64,000 nt of DNA from Camelus dromedarius (GCF_036321535.1 NC_087447.1:32800001-32864000), one strand, 5' to 3'; shown: positions 1 to 14,090, counted from the stretch's first letter. Numbers and translations: made by a program. The notes: a model not told the origin generated them from the letters alone.

Positions 1-204
1 GCAGGCAATACACAAACATGGGGATACAGGGGCACAGAGATGGGCTGACCTTTGTGGTTTTCTGTCAAGTTCCCCGCTCCTTTTCAGGCTCTCGTGGTCT
101 GCAGGCCCCCTCTTCCAACTATCTTCTGCGTCCCTCTCCATAGATGGCGAGAAGACTCCATTGCTACTTTGTGTCTTTGGGCCTCTGGCGTAGGTGAAGT
201 GTGA

Positions 205-726
205 GCCCTGACTGTTGCGTTTGTTTTCATAATGCAAGCGCCTGACCTAAGCTTTGATTGCAGAGGCATTCCCTTCAAAGATGGCCGTCTCCAGTAAACC
301 TATTTCAAGCCACCCAACTAGATAAGGAGCCAGGGCACTTCCCCCACTGAGGATCCTTTTAGAGATCTTGGTTGATTTCAATAACTGACCATTTAGGCTA
401 ATTTTTTTTTCTCTTCTTGCATTTTAAATTCCCACTCTTACATTGTGTTTTAACCAGTAAAGAGTGAGCCTACAAAACCCTAATCCCCCACCCTCAACCC
501 TAGTAAAAGAACCCAGTCCTGTGCACACACTCTTTCTACCCACAACCTTGCTGTGTGGCCCCAGGTGTGCAGTGTGATTTCCAGGTCTTATAAGTAATCA
601 ACTCCCCCCCCCCCCCCCCAGTTCCCTGATGGCTATTGCTTTATTGCTGAGGGGCATATTGAAATTGTAAGAATCACAGGGGCCGGTCACGCAGCAACGT
701 TGATTATTGATAGTCTGAGACTGGCA
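205..726 (+). mobile_element. Probable solo ERV LTR, family uncertain
   Basis: Candidate TG...CA ends, a TATA-like tagtaaaag, a degenerate poly(A)-signal region, and LTR-like composition. Boundaries are uncertain. Confidence 0.45.
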
Positions 727-1449
727 GAAAACAGAACTGCAGGTGGATCCAGAGCAAAGCAGACACACTGCCCCTTCCATCCATAGCAGCCGTCTCTGTT
801 CTATTGTTTTCCCATTAGTGTAACACAAAGGGCATTGGTACAGCTTCTGACTCGAGTTCCAGACAGGACCAGGGAGGCACGGGTCCTCTTTACACTGCCT
901 CCTTGCATTGATCATAAGCTGTATTTGGAAGATAAAGACAGACCAGCAACTAGCCAGCACTCATCTCTCACCCAACTGCTTCTCTGCTCCCAGATCATGG
1001 AATCTCTCTGGTTAAGTGGTACGGAGCAGAAAAGATGGCAAAAACTAAGTCTTTATGCTCATGTATCTTTTCTAATACTTCCTGATTTATAACTGCTCAA
1101 GGATTTTGATTGTGGAAGTCAATAATTTCGAATGCTTATTCTGTTTCCCTCACTAACAATTCTTATGCATTAAGTGCCCTTCTTTTTAGATGCATGAAAG
1201 AGTTTCACCTGGAATTTAGGGAGTGTGAGAAAGAATAAGCTATTTAATACTTAGACCCCTGCTTCAGACAGAGTTAAGTTTTAATCTGTCACTTCTCTGT
1301 GACATCTCAGAACAAAGGATAGTCTTATCTTACTGTGGGTATTAAACTCAACTAGAACCAAGCAATTGTCCTTTCAACTGTGTCCTTTAGCAGATTATTT
1401 CCAGGGAAAGTCTGCATCTTTTCCTTCATTTTCTGGAGGGATCAGAAGC

Positions 1450-3725
1450 AATCTTTATTTAAAATAAAACATATACTGAAAATATCTTAACATATAAATG
1501 TGTAGTTTAAAGAATGATTATAAAATTAACATCTATAAAACCACTATCAGAAGTCCTTATGTTCCCTCATGTCTCCTTCCTGATTACAAACACCTTCCTC
1601 ACTTACAGAACCATCACCTTGATTTTTAATCGTATTTAATTAAATATATATGTGTATACACACAGTAATTCTAGTTTTGAACTTTATGTAGATGGAATCA
1701 AGTTATGTTCTTAAGATGGACTATGTTGCGTCTGGCTATGTTCATTCATGTTGTGTATAGAGTTTTACTTTGTACGAACACACCACATTTTTAAATTCAT
1801 ATCAGTGTTAGAGCCGTGGTACATGCCTGGCTTGGGAGTACTTTGAGCAGTGCTGCTATGAACATTCTTACAGGTACAGGTGTCCTGGTTCACACAAGCA
1901 CAAGTTTCTCTAGGGTAAATGTCTGAAAATCCTTGGTCATGGAATATACAGATGGTTAACAATAGAAGGTAATGCCAAATTTTTACAAAGTTGTAAATAT
2001 TTAGCCTTCCAACAGTAGTGGGTGATTATTTCCATATCCCTGCACATCTCTTGCTATTTGTCTAAATGTTTGTCAGTTTTGTAGGGGTATAGTAATCATT
2101 CCTTGTGACTTTAATTTGCAATTTACTGCCTGCAGATGAAGCTGAGCTGCCCTTTGCATGCTGCTGACCTTGGCTTTAACCTTTGGTAAAATCCCATTCG
2201 AGTTTATTGCTAATTTTGGGTTTGTCTATTTCTTAGTGGATTGTAAAAATGGCTTCACACATTTTGAATTCAGACCCTTTTGATTCCACATGTTGCAAAT
2301 ATTTCCTCTCTTGTCTTTTCAAATTGTTCCAGTGTTCTATGATGAGGAAAACTTTTACTTTTAATATGACTGAGTGTGTCTTCTACTTGAAATTTTCTGC
2401 TCTATGCTTAGTGCGTTTTGTAGCTTGTCTCCCACGATTATGAAGATAGTCTCGCACACTCACATTTGAATCTTTGATCTGGAATTTGTTTTTGTGTAAG
2501 ATGCAGTGAATTGGCATATTTTTTCCATATGAATATCCAATCCCTTCAGCACTACTTACTGAAAACCTCATCTCTTTCCCACTGCTCTGCAGTGTCACCT
2601 TGGTGAAAATTTGAATCCATATACATGTGGATCTATTTCTGGACTTACTATTTTTGTCTGTTGGTTTATTTGTCAATATCACACTATTAATTGCTTTTAC
2701 TTGATAATAAATTATAATATCTGACAAAACAACTCTTTTACCTTGTTATTTTCTTCAGGTATATCTTGAGTATTGTCGCTATTAAATATTCATAAAAATT
2801 GTAGAATCACTTTGTGAATATACTAAAATCTTTGGAATTTTGATTGGGATAATATTGACTCCTTATACCAATTTAGGCAAAAATGGTAACTTTAAAATAT
2901 TGACTCTTCATGTTCCTGAACAGAATATTTCCCTCACTTTGTGTTTATTTTTCAGTAAAATTTATTCTCCTTTAGAGGAATTTTGCAATTTTGTTAGCCT
3001 TAGATATTTTATAGGTTTTGATGGTGCCTTCAGTTGTACTGAATATTTTTTAAATCTATTTGTGACTGGAATGTGGTATTAAAATTTCTTTCTATCTTGA
3101 TTTCATGAACAACTTTGCATACATAACTCATACTAATTTAAACTATGCTAGTAATTTATAATTTGTCACAATGTCTTTAATAATTTGCCTCTTCTAACAG
3201 TTCATTTATAGATTCTTAGATTTTCCAGTAATACATTTGTATGAATTAAAATTATAGTCATTTGATATATGTTCTTTTCTAATTCCTACATTTTTAGTAT
3301 CATTTTCTTCCTTAGTTTAAAGCTAAGACTTCAAATAAAAGCTAAGCAGAAGTGGTAATGGTTGACATCATTGCTGTGATCTTGGTCCCAAAGGAAAAAT
3401 TTTTAATGTTTTGCTATACAATATTGTTTGCTGTACTTTGTTTGTACATATGCTTTGTCAGAGCAATGAAATTCCCTTTTATTCTTAGCTGAATACTTTC
3501 TTTTAATATAAATGGATCTTTAATACTATCCAGCAATTTTTCTACCTCTGATGAGATATTGAGATGATTTTTCTCCTTTAACCTGCAAATAAGATAAATT
3601 ATACCAATTTATGTCCTCTAGTTAAGTCAGTTTTCATTCTTGAGATATTAATCCTGGATATGATATATTTTCACACTTTTAAATTTAATTTTCTAATATT
3701 ATGTTTAGGATTTGTTATGAGTGAC
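1450..3725 (-). mobile_element. Ancient L1 (L1M-type) 3' end and ORF2 remnant, first part
   Basis: T-rich antisense L1 motifs (gctgctatgaacattctt, ttaatttgcaattt, ttttgattgggat). ORF 2383..2727 is a decayed ORF2 C-terminal remnant. Confidence 0.8.
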
Positions 3726-4533
3726 TGTAAAGGAAAAACTCAATTTTTACTCCTGTGAGTCTTTCCCCTCTGAGTTGCCTTTATTATTTACACAGAACAC
3801 TTTACTTCTGACACTTCTGGTTACCAAATGTGGGGAAGTTTCCCCACAGCAAGTGATTCTCCATGACACCCAGTTGTAGCTGGGTGTCCTACAATTTAAT
3901 TCAATTCTGACACTATCTTTTTGGAGAGAGCGTTGGATCACACATGTTAAGGGCTCAGTCCCACAAGACTGCTCCCACCGAATTCAGATGCCAATCACAA
4001 GTAGGTTCCCAGGTTACCTACAACATCTGTCGAATTTGGCTGCAAACTGAGTGTCCGCATGACCCCCACCTCAGTTCAATTAGTGGCTCACAGAGCTCAG
4101 GGAAACACTTAACTTATATTCACCACTTTATTAAAGGATATCATAAAGGATACAGATGAAGAGCTACATAGGGTGAGGTCTGGAGGGTCCTGAGTGCAGG
4201 AACTTCTGTCCCCGTGGAGTTGGGGTGTGTCACTCTCCCAGTATAGATATGTTCACTAGCCCTGAAAAACAATTCAAACCCTGTACTATTGGGTTTGTAA
4301 TGGATGCTTCCTCAAATACACATGATCATTGACAACATTTCCAGCCCCCCCCCCCCCCCCGGAGAATGGGGGAAGTGGGGCTAAAAATTCTAAGCTTCTA
4401 ATCACGGCTTGGACTTTCTGGTGACCTGGAGCTATCCTGGAGCCCATCCAGGGTCACTTCATTAGGGGAAAAAAATGCTTCTAGTGCTCTTACCACTTAG
4501 GAATTTACAAGGGTTTTAAGAGTCCTATGTCAG

Positions 4534-5042
4534 TGCAGGTTTGCAAACTTGGGAGTTTCCCAGATGAAAGCTGAAGCTGGCTCCTTACAAGGAAGGCAAG
4601 GAGAGACCAAAGGAGGCATAACCCTTCAGATTGGTAGGGGGCAGGTTTAATAAGCAAGAGAATTTATATGGGGAGGTTGCCTCAGACAGTCACAAGACAA
4701 ATAGCTCTGTGCGCCCACCTGCCAGAATCTTTTTTTTTTTGTATGTATGTTTTTTTATTGTAGTATAGTCAGTTTACAGTGTGTCAATTTCTTGTGTATA
4801 GCATAATGCTTCAGTCAGACATGAACATACAGAATCTTTAAACTTTATATAGAGGCCTTAACTGGATTCAGTCACATACACAGTCCAGATGGTCTAGACA
4901 ACACCTTGTTCTCTCAATGCTGCCTGCTTGAAACAGCTTACTCAGACCTTGGGAATGATGGGCATGGAGTGGGTGGGGAGCCTCTGCCCAGGTCTAGCTT
5001 GAAGATCAGTTCCCAGTCACGTCCCACTGTTGATCTCCAACA
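4534..5042 (-). mobile_element. Solo LTR (ERVL-like) nested in the MER21-like LTR
   Basis: TG...CA termini, flanks gtcag/gtcgg, and minus-strand TATATAAA and ATTAAA motifs. The host sequence resumes afterwards. Confidence 0.7.
4733..4829 (-). mobile_element. About 97-bp 5'-truncated L1 3' stub
   Basis: Poly(T) followed by tttattgtagtatagtcagtttacagtgtgtcaattt (L1 3' end). TSD cagaatcttt at 4723-4732 and 4830-4839. Confidence 0.9.
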
Positions 5043-5190
5043 GTCGGGGACAGAGATGCGATCAAAGACCAAATACTAGAACAAGAGATGGTCCCACTAC
5101 TCCTGTCTGTTACTTAGTAAATCACAAGGGCTTCAGGAGCTCTGTGCTAGGATTGGAGGTGGAGACCAATACGTTTTCTCTTATCTCACA

Positions 5191-5700
5191 GTGATCTTGT
5201 ATTTTTAGGTTTTTTTTTATGGTAATGTTGTTGGTTTTAGTATCAAAGATACACTAGTCTCATACATTTTCTATATTTCTTAAAGAGTTTATGTAAGATT
5301 AAATTTATTTCTTCCTTGAATACTTGGGAGAATTCCCAGATGAAACGAAAAAGACCTAGAGTTAATTTTTGAGAAATACTTGAGCATGAATTTACATGTT
5401 TAAAGTCATATAAAATATACAGGTTATCTACATTGTCAGTTTTGATGAGCCATATTTATTAGTTTGTAAGTGTTCATAATATATTTTTTTTCTTTTTGGA
5501 CTGCAGCCTTTCTTGTGATGTAACTTTTTCTCTTCTGATAATTATATATACCTCTCCTTTTCTCCCTCCCACCTTGGTAAATCTCATCAGAGATTTGGCT
5601 GTTTCACTAGTCTGCAAAGAACTATTGGCTTTGTTAATCCTTAATCCAAATAATATTCAATTTACTTAAACCTATTAAATATTCAATTTATTTAAATTTT
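5191..5700 (-). mobile_element. Continuation of the ancient L1
   Basis: Decayed antisense ORF2 sequence resumes after the LTR (ttggttttagtatcaaag, gagttttatgtaagatt). Confidence 0.65.
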
Positions 5701-5994
5701 TTTTTAAATTAAAAATCTGGTTAATTTTAGTTACACTGAGTATCAGTCTTAAGAACTAAAAATTATTCTCTCAATTCTCCTTATGTTTCAGATCATCTTG
5801 TAAACAATGTTTTATGTTAACCCAAGCTCATATTCCTCTTTGGTAACTTGGTGTCATTCCTTAAGTAACTTAACTTTCCTACTGAAACCTACTGCCTGAT
5901 GAGGTCTTTAGAGAATCAAGAAGATGGTATTTCCCTTGAGCACCTAACCACTACTTTGCCATAACAAATGACCCTACTTTAAAGTAGATAAATG

Positions 5995-7040
5995 TAAAAG
6001 CATTACCGAGGAAAAAGGACAAAGCTGGAGGCATAATCCTCCCAGGCCTCAGACAATACTACAGAGCTATAGTAATCAAAACAGTATGGTGTTGGCACAA
6101 AACCAGACATATGGGTCAATGGAACAGAATAAAGAACCCAGAAATAAAGCCACAGATCTATGTTTAATTACTCTTCAACAAAGGAGGCAAAAATATACAA
6201 TGGAGAAAAGACAGTCTCTTCAGCAAGTGTTGTTGAGAAAGCTGGACAGCCTCATGTAAATCAATGAAGTTAGAACACTCTCTCACACCATACACAGAAA
6301 TAAACTCAGAATGGCTTAAAGACTTAAAAATAACATAGGCAAAACAGTATCTAACATAAATTATAGCAATGTTCTCTTAGGTCAGTCTCTGAAGGCAATT
6401 AAAAAAAAGCAAAAATAAACAAGTGGGACCTAATCCAACTTAAGCTTTTGCACAGCAAAAGAAACCATAAACAAAATGAAAATACAACCTACTGACAGGA
6501 ATAAAAGATTTGCAAATGATGAGACTGACAAAGGCTTAGTTTCCAGAATATACAAACACACACACAACTCAATAACAACAAAAACAACCCAAACAAAAAA
6601 TAGGCAGAAGACCTAAATAGACATTTCTCCAAAGAAGACTGACAGATGCCAATAGGCACATGAAAAGCTGCTCAACATCGCTAATAATCAGAGAAATGCA
6701 ATCAAAACTATAGTGAGGTATCATCTCACACTAGTCAGAATGGCCATCATTAAAAAGTCCACAAACAATAAATGCTAGAGAGGGTGTGAGGAAAGGGGAA
6801 CCCTCTTACACTGTTGGTGGGAATGTAATTTGGTGTAGCCACTGTGGAAAACAGTATGAAGACTCCTTAATCTAAAAATAGAATTACCATATGATCCAGC
6901 ATTCTAACTCCTGGGCATATATCCAGAGAAAACTAATTCAAAAAGATAATATGCACCCTAATATTTATAGGAGCTATTTGCAATAGCCAAGATATGGAAG
7001 CAACTTAAATGTCTATCCACAGATGATTGGATAAAGAAGT

Positions 7041-7095
<55 letters not shown>

Positions 7096-7523
7096 ACAAT
7101 GGAATACTACTCAGCCATAAAAAATGAAATCATGCTATTTGCACCAACATGGATGGACCTACAGATTATCATACTAGGTGAAGTAAGTCAGAGAAAGACA
7201 AATATATGATACCACTTATATGGGGAATCTGAATATGCAAATGAACTTATTTGCAAAACAAAGACTGACAGACATAGAAAACAAACTTATGGTTACCAAA
7301 GGGTAAAGGGTGGGAGGAGGGATAAATTAGGAGTTTGGGGTTAGCAGATACAAACTACTATATATGAAACGGATAAACAACAAGGTCTTACTGTATAGCA
7401 CAGGGAACTATATATTCAATATCTTGTAATAACCTATAGTGAAAAAGAATAGATATAACTGAATTACTAGGCTGTGCACCAGAAACTAACAACATTGTAA
7501 ATCAACTGTACTTCAGTAAAAAA
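5995..7523 (+). mobile_element. 5'-truncated L1 (ORF2 3' part and 3' UTR) with internal (GT)n
   Basis: aaagctggaggcat...cagacaatactacagagctatagtaatcaaaacagtatgg through aacattgtaaatcaactgtacttcagtaaaaaa. Confidence 0.95.
7043..7093. repeat. (GT)n microsatellite
   Basis: Perfect GT run. Confidence 0.98.
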
Positions 7524-7529
7524 TCCTTT

Positions 7530-8090
7530 CTATAAAGGGATTTTTGCTTTATTTTTGAGTTTTTAAAAATTTCTTTTAATGTTCACAATCTTAATTTGAT
7601 ATATTTTTTTAACTTCATGAGATGGATTCTTGTTAAATTTAATCTTTCTTCTTTCTAATACATACATATGCGGTTATAATTCTAACTGGTACAGCCCACA
7701 AATCTTAACATGCAGTATTTTTATTAAGTTCAAAATATTCATCATAATGGATATCAATGCATATTAGAATAAGATACTCTTATTTTGACCCATGTGCTAT
7801 TAAGAAACAGTCCTTAACTTATAAACACATGGTAATGTTTCCTAAATTGATTTTTAATCTAATTACCTGGTAATACAACAATATATGAAATATAAATCCA
7901 ACCTTAACAATGTATCAAAAATAAATCCAGTTTTTGAAAAATTTGAGGCAAGTTATGGACCAGCATATGGTTAATTTTTGTAAATATTGTGTGTATGCTT
8001 GAAAAAAATGTGTATGCTGAGGTTAGGGGGTATAATGTTGTAATATACTTCCTTTAGGTCAATTTGTTTATATCCTGTGCCTTTTATATT
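7530..8090 (-). mobile_element. Further continuation of the ancient L1
   Basis: Antisense endonuclease-region remnants (cagcatatggttaatttttgtaaat, gcttgaaaaaaatgtgtat). Confidence 0.6.
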
Positions 8091-8109
8091 AGTTTCATTT
8101 ACTTTGAAG

Positions 8110-8435
8110 GCTCTTCCCTTAGACGCTTTCATGGCTAATGGCTTCTCTCTTTTCAGGACTATGCTTATGGATTCTCTTCTTAGACCTTCCCTGATGACCC
8201 TACCCCAAAACAGGCTTCACTTCTCATCTCCCTTACCCTGTGTTATTTTCCTTAAAGCACTTCTCTCCACTGGACATTACACTATATATCTGTTTGTCAT
8301 TATCTCTCTAACTGTAATATAAACACCTTGAGGCAAGAACTCTTCCTGGCTTGTTTACTGTGCTGTCTCTGGCCTTTGCAAAGTATCCCACACTAAGTGC
8401 TCAGTAAATGTTTTGAATGATTGAGTGAATGAATT
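8110..8435 (+). mobile_element. L2 3' end fragment
   Basis: ccttccctgatgacccta...gtgctcagtaaatgttttgaatgattgagtgaatgaat, a typical L2 tail. Confidence 0.8.
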
Positions 8436-10519
8436 TAAAATAGTACTCAACAGAGAACTTGGCAGACATATCTAAAAGCTTTATTTGCCCTGCTGTGTTC
8501 CTCCAATAGATTTGGCAGTGCCCAGATAGTCAACAGGTAGGCTGAGAACACAGGTAAGCACGGAGCAAGAAACGGAGAATGAAAAAAACCCTACCATAGA
8601 ACCAGGCCAAAGTGGTGTTCAGTAAATATTTGCTGCATGAATTAAATTTGAGAATAAAGAAGGATGAAAAGAGAAGGGAAAGTGAGAAGGAGAGATCAAG
8701 TTGTAAACTGAACAAAGGATGACACTAATAGGCAATATGTGCCTCTAGATGTTTCTCTTTTGTGGAAGCACCTGCCGCCTTCTGCCCATTTACCTGCTGC
8801 CTCCCAAGAGAGGGAATTACTGATATGACTTAGTTAAGGAAAGAAGCTGAGTGCATGTAAAGCTCAGCCCCTTCCTTCCTCCTTGTGTTTTGGCACTAAT
8901 TTCCCTGTAGGCAGTGCACATTCTACCCTGCTCCTCCACACACTAAATTTCACAGGGGCAAGCTCTGTATGTGTGGGAGCTCTGTTATTGTCCAGTGGTA
9001 GGTGGGTAAATGTTTTTAATTCTTAGAATCAATTTTATGAAGCCCACTATTATTATGTACCTGTGTCACAATTTTCCAAACATAATAATTCAGGGTTTTT
9101 TTGTTTGTTTGTTTTTAATCTCTATCTGCTTTGTTTCTTTGCTGTTGCTAAATTGCTTCTAAACTTGGGCAGAGAACAGGTATATCCATTTATAATAGTA
9201 TATTTTCACTATGTTTTATCAATATTAAGTCACCTCTTTCAAGCAAGACTTCCACAGTGATAGAAGCTGGATTTTCATAAAAACAAAACCAGACTGAAAA
9301 AGCTGAGGGAAGAAAGAAAGTAGGTTTCTGTTTCAGAAATTCAGCCAGTTGGCTATGTAAGCTTTTCCTTATTCCACTATTCAATCATACTGAATGTCCG
9401 TGAGCTGTCTACACTGGCAAAATATAATGTAGAGATGCAGCAATTGTTCAGCAAACTTAGACTAATAGGGAAAAAGATGCCACACTAAGGATATGGCTGG
9501 GATTTACTGGAACAAATTACTGTTCATGTTTGCATTCTAGGTTATCCTTAGAAATAGCCTGTATTCATAAGTGTGGGACCCTTATACTGAAGCTTCTGAC
9601 CAGCCGGATTGGAGGTGAGTAGTGAACTCAGAGCCATTAAAAATATGCTGATCTACAACATTTTGGATGAATACAACTAGAAATGAAATATCCTGAAAGT
9701 AAAATTAGAAAGAACAGCATCAGGGTATGGTCCAAGTTAATGCAAAGCTAATAAGGAAGTTCGATAGGAAAGACACTTCGTGTATATATGTATGTATATA
9801 TATTGATGTATATATTTTGAATCAGGACTTTTAATGACAGCAACACCACCAGTAGCAATCAAAAATGAAAATGTAGCTAAATAATACATTTAGGCGGAGG
9901 GGAATAAACAGGTCCTTTTACTGAGTCTCATCTCAGATGTCCTGGGGTAGCTTAAGTACTGTAGGAACTCTTCAAGAAGGTAGATAACTCTGTCGAAATC
10001 TTCGGAATGTTGTCGACCCTCCAATAGTACATGCTTCTAACTCTTGCTCATGCATATGTATCTTTTCATTTGAAAGTGCCCGTCTGAAATGTTGCATGAG
10101 TTGCCATTTTGTTTCAATATGACAAAATAAATCAATCCCACAATGAATAGTGATGCCCTTCGGGAGTCTACCTTAGAATTTATTGGGGAGGGGTATAGAA
10201 AGAAGTTAATGACACAATATGTCAAACTGTGGCATTGAAAGTGAGAGCTAACTTCCATAGGTCATTAAGTTCCAACAAAGGTATCACATCTTTATCTCTT
10301 TCTAACTTATATCAATGCCAAGTGTTACTGGCTGCTATTCAAAGGAAAGGTGAACCTGCTTCTTTCAACAGTGTACATATCTGTGTCACCAATCATATTT
10401 TCAGAAATATGTTTGATTTTTTTTAACCATTTATGGGCAGGCAGTATCTGTGGTTTAATTGGAAAAAAATGGGCTCCTGGGACAAGCTGGTTAATCAGCC
10501 GTTTGGGGAATGAGCCATA

Positions 10520-11008
10520 TGTTGATTTGTTCTTGGTTGCTTTCCAGTCCTCCCCCTGACCTACTACATTTTCCAAGCTTCCTTTTCTCTCTGACTCTTA
10601 CATAGGTTGGATTAAAGGGAAGGAATTATGGAAGACCAGAAGGCAGGAGGAGGGGAGAAGCCAGCGTATTTGTCTTGTCTCCCTGTCTTGAGCAATGTCC
10701 TGAGTAGTGCTTGTGTTTTCTGTGATTCCAGCTCTCACTAGGTGGGCTGGTCCCTACTTCAACAGAGTAGCCCCTGCCATGTGCTTAGCTGTCGCCAGTT
10801 GGTCCTGGTTCTGGTTTTTGCACTTTGATAACACCATTCTGCTTGTTACCCCATCACGTTCAGCAGCTGTTCATCTCTGATTTGGTTTTCTCTGTTTAGC
10901 TTCAGAGCTCTTCCAACACACATGTAACTAAGTCCCTATATTAAATTCCCTCTGCTTGAAATTTCTAAAATGGTTCTCTTTGTTTCTTACTGGACCCTGA
11001 CTGAAACA
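10520..11008 (+). mobile_element. LTR33-like ERVL LTR
   Basis: gaaggcaggaggaggggagaagccag, and 3' end attaaattccctctgcttgaaat...tggaccctgactgaaaca. Confidence 0.7.
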
Positions 11009-11159
11009 ATGATCAAGAGGAGAAAGGACAAAATGAGGTTGGGTAAACATAGTGGAAAAATAAGAGGTGAGCAGAAGAAACATTGAAAAATTATTTTCTA
11101 GTGTAGGAGGACGAAAAGGATAACCAGCTTGGTTGGTCAGTTGAAGTTTATCTCCTCTA

Positions 11160-11345
11160 GTGGATTCAGATCTCAGTTCTGCCTCTTAGGATCTCTGCAA
11201 TCTTAGGCAAATTACTTCACCTTTCTCTGTGTCAGTTCCCTCTTTAGTAAAATGGTGTTAAAAATAGGACCATTGACATAAGCTTATTGTGAACATTAAG
11301 GAAATTATCAGCAATGCCTAGTTCATAGCAAGTCATTAAAATGTT
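11160..11345 (+). mobile_element. MIR SINE fragment
   Basis: Core tcttaggcaaattacttcacctttctctgtgtcagttccctctttagtaaaatgg. Confidence 0.75.
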
Positions 11346-13854
11346 ATAATAAACTCTCTACTGTTTTTAATATTGTGGTGATACTTAGGAGTTTCCTGGT
11401 TATTTTTGGTGTATTTAAGCTACAAATAGATATTGCAATTTTTAAGTAAGGAAGTAGACTAATTCATGAATAGAAAAATATGTAAAATAATGAACAAGTG
11501 AACTCCTAAAACTGATGCATTAAAGAGAGAATAAATGAATCCATTCCTTACCATCAGAGACCATCTTAAAGGTACAGCTGATTCTTATAGTTCACTCTAT
11601 CCTCAGAGTGAAGATTGGAAGGAGGTATTTGCCAGATTTACTCACACCTGCCTTGGTTATTTACACTGTTGCTCCACTTTTTCTCTAGTTCTTCCATTTA
11701 CTCGAAGACCTACTTCCTAACCTCACTGACAACATTCTGTTACAGCTTTTTACAGCCTTAGAAACCCAAAGTAGCATAGAAGTAAGGACAGAGGCCAAGG
11801 TAAGAGTGCATTGTCAAGGGTTATAACCAGAAAGGTTCTTGATCCGTCTTTTTTTTTTTTTTTTCTTTCTTTTTGAGGGAGGAAGGAATCACATTTTCTG
11901 TCACCTAGTAATGTAGCTTTTTCTCCCCATGTGCTTGACTTACTGTTTTTTTAGTCTTCTTGGCTCCTTTGTCCCAAAAGACTGAAAACAAAATTCTAGA
12001 GTACTTAACACCTCTGTGGCAAGTGCTAACGGACCAGGAAATTGTCATGGCCACCAGGACCTTACTTGAAAAGTGAACACTGAAATTTTCCCCCCATTTT
12101 TAACTTCAGCATTGGATTATCAAAGCAGTCCCCCTGCTTATTATCTAATTGTTCCATACATTGACATACGAAACCATCTAAACATTGGCCTTGTTTCCCT
12201 CTTCAAACATCCTTGTAAGCTTTTTACCCGACCTCCTGTTTCACAATTCTATCTCAGCAGTATGGAACGGCCTACAGATGCTACCGTGTCACTCCCCTGT
12301 GGGTTTTCTTATGTTGTCCTCATCTCCTGGAACACTGCTTACTGCAGTCCTTTGGATAGCTCCATCCCAGTTCAGGCCTCCTGAGGTCTCCCCTGACAAC
12401 TCTTCCCCTAATAGGATGGGTTAGATACTCCTCCTTTTTACTCCCTTAGCACCTAATGGCGACTTCTATCACAACCCTTAACAATACTGCTTTTAAATCC
12501 ATCGTCTACAACACCTTATAACATTTTATGCTTCTCAAGGATAGGACTGGTATCATTTCATTTTTTTTTTTTCTCTCCCTGATCGACACATAGCTGGTGC
12601 ATAATAAACACTTTTGGCTGAAAACAAGGTCAAAACATGTGTTCCAAAAATTTTGGCCCCAGAGTTTCAATCTAATAATTTAAGCAATTATTTCTTTTTT
12701 GTTCTCTTTCCCTTAAATTATCTAGATAATTGTATCTGGACAGGATAATTGTAGCATCTCATACCTGCTGTTTTTAGTACTGTGTGAATTGCACTCTCTC
12801 CCTAAAAACAGTATTGTGATATCAACACATTATCTAATTCCATCCCTGGGAAAGAATAGTCATTTTTTTGTTATTTGCCTTAAAACAATGAGGAGTAGAA
12901 TGCGGGCAGGATAGGAAATGCCTCACCTGTTGCAGTCACTCATTGGGACCTCCTTTAGCAAGACTTCATTCTGAACACCTAGGTTTTGTTTGTTAATGTC
13001 CCCATGTAATATAGTCTTTTTTTGGTCACTCAGTAAATACTAGCTGCTCTGGCTTGACTGAATAATTCCAAAACAGACCACTTAACAGATCTCATGGATG
13101 TAAACACATGGTGGGAAGTTGGGGTAGGAATGTTGAAGACACCCACATAGGGAAAATTTGAGTCAATCAACCCAGTCTTCTTTCTCTGTAGTGTGAAAAG
13201 CTCTTTTGTCCTTGATTATTGGAAAAGTGCCACCAAGATGTATTGTTTCTTAGGAAATTCCGTCCATTTCTTAACTGTGCAGACGAATACAGGATGCTCC
13301 ATGTAACTTTCAGGATAAAATGTTTCTTCCCTTTCAGGTTCTTCCAAGGGAAACAATACCCAGCCTTTTCAGCAGGCTAATATTTATCACATAAAATGAC
13401 TTCAAATTACCCAACTGCTCTTTACCATTGAATTTTTGGTCCTTTGGCAAGTAGGTAATCATTTCCAATTATTATCTACCTGCTTGCAACTGCGTATCTG
13501 TACTACACCCCTTTATCATCATCCCACTTCTCCACACAGCCTGACAGCAGAATCCAAGTGCTGAGCAGTGATAGGATTTACTCAGTTAATCACCCTCTTA
13601 GAATTTTTTTTCCCCAAAGGGTCTTGAGATGCTGAAGTTACTCACTGGTATTCTTGGAGGGGAAAAACAAACTGGATTAGCTATGCATGTTCTTGATGGT
13701 TCATCAGTATGGCTAAGATGTTTTGAACTCTGAAGAAAGGCATCTCCCAGTCCCTGGCCAGCTAGCTATGTAGTTGTCCAAGAGGTTGAAGCACGTGGGG
13801 GCGGGGCATCAGAAGGGGTCAATATGAGAAAAAGCTTCAAAGAAGATTCTCCTA

Positions 13855-14090
13855 ATAATAACCATCACTCACTGAGCATCTATTACACTTATGGATTTCA
13901 TAACATATCACGTAATCCTGTAATAACCCCTCAAGGCGTGTTGTATTAAACCTCTCCCCTCTTTTAATAAATAAGGATCCCATTATTTAGGTGAGTTAGT
14001 AACTTGTTCACAGTCCACTGAACTAAAAAGTAATGGAACCAGGATTCAAACCCAGGACCGTCTGGCTCCAAGACACGTGCTCTTTCCATT
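13855..14090 (-). mobile_element. MIR SINE
   Basis: ggaaccaggattcaaacccaggaccgtctggctccaag, the antisense MIR head. Confidence 0.8.

Larger units (their letters stand above)
3726..5190. mobile_element. MER21-like LTR, interrupted by a second LTR
   Basis: tgtaaagg...tctcaca ends. Contains the MER21-type core gctgggtgtcctacaatttaattcaattctgacact and agggctcagtcccacaagactgc. Flanked by gtgac/gtgat (5-bp TSD, 1 mismatch). Confidence 0.8.

Noticed and set aside
598..1092. Overlapping 120-aa and 85-aa ORFs
   Set aside because: No recognisable homology or exon structure. They partly overlap an LTR-like region and a poly(C) run.
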